Of a stretch of DNA of 29,485 nucleotides, positions 29,346 through 29,485 are shown piece by piece; within the stretch, counting starts at the first letter, position 1; every line of letters starts with the position of its first letter. The position numbers and the translations under genes are program-made. The notes under the pieces were generated by a model. That model was given only the letters and a program-made list of their open reading frames with translations, did no database searches and was not told the DNA's origin. Origin of the DNA: Microcystaceae cyanobacterium (GTDB lineage: Bacteria; Cyanobacteriota; Cyanobacteriia; Cyanobacteriales; Microcystaceae); contig JBGTGT010000003.1 of assembly GCA_041746575.1 (NCBI GenBank), positions 1 through 29,485 of the forward strand. The letters are read 5' to 3'.

Positions 29346-29485
29346 GTGACATCCTCCAGACACCGACCCTAACGGGTACGGTGCTGGCTTCCCTTCCTTG
29401 CGGTTGGTTTTTCCTGCTTCATCGGGGTTCCCAAGCAACCTTCCTCCACAGGCAGTATCACCGACTGTCCATCGGCTACAAAGGT
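29346..29485 (-). mobile_element. Right end of an IS200/IS605-family tnpB element (reRNA/omegaRNA scaffold region)
   Basis: Subterminal hairpin CCAG-CACCG-T-ACCC-GTTA-GGGT-CGGTG-T-CTGG (29387-29356), followed by AGGATGTCAC ending in a TCAC motif. Confidence 0.72.
29369..29485 (-). CDS. tnpB: TnpB C-terminal tail (5'-partial)
   Basis: Open frame TFVADGQSVILPVEEGCLGTPMKQEKPTARKGSQHRTR* with the G..V..PVE...PMKQE tail typical of cyanobacterial TnpB. RuvC motifs would lie outside the window. Confidence 0.68.
   Translation of the reverse strand, partial: TFVADGQSVILPVEEGCLGTPMKQEKPTARKGSQHRTR

Overview
Chromosomal window from a cyanobacterium, probably unicellular and Chroococcales-like. The assignment rests on at least 12 HIP1 GCGATCGC octamers plus ndhS, cyanophycinase, PEP-CTERM and Uma2 genes. 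Positions 1-18.6 kb are mostly housekeeping or ordinary accessory genes: the end of an IS630 element, rlpA, a methyltransferase, an RNase H-like protein, trpB, speA, a NYN protein, serS, cphB, ndhS, a PPTase, trpS and metF. Positions 18.7-29.2 kb hold a type I-D CRISPR-Cas interference locus: a divergent WYL regulator, a small wHTH ORF, cas10d with an internal cas11d start, cas7d, cas5d, cas3', two inserted genes and cas6. A frameshifted four-helix-bundle pseudogene and the right end of an IS200/IS605 tnpB element follow. No cas1/cas2/cas4 or long array lies in the window. The most notable signal is a self-contained CRISPR-like mini-array on the minus strand between WYL and the cas operon, with its own promoter, a pseudo-repeat, a 27-nt spacer, a repeat and a terminator. 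The first 15 spacer nucleotides exactly match a GTT-PAM-flanked site in the predicted cas operon promoter about 100 bp away, which suggests RNA-guided autorepression by type I-D Cascade.
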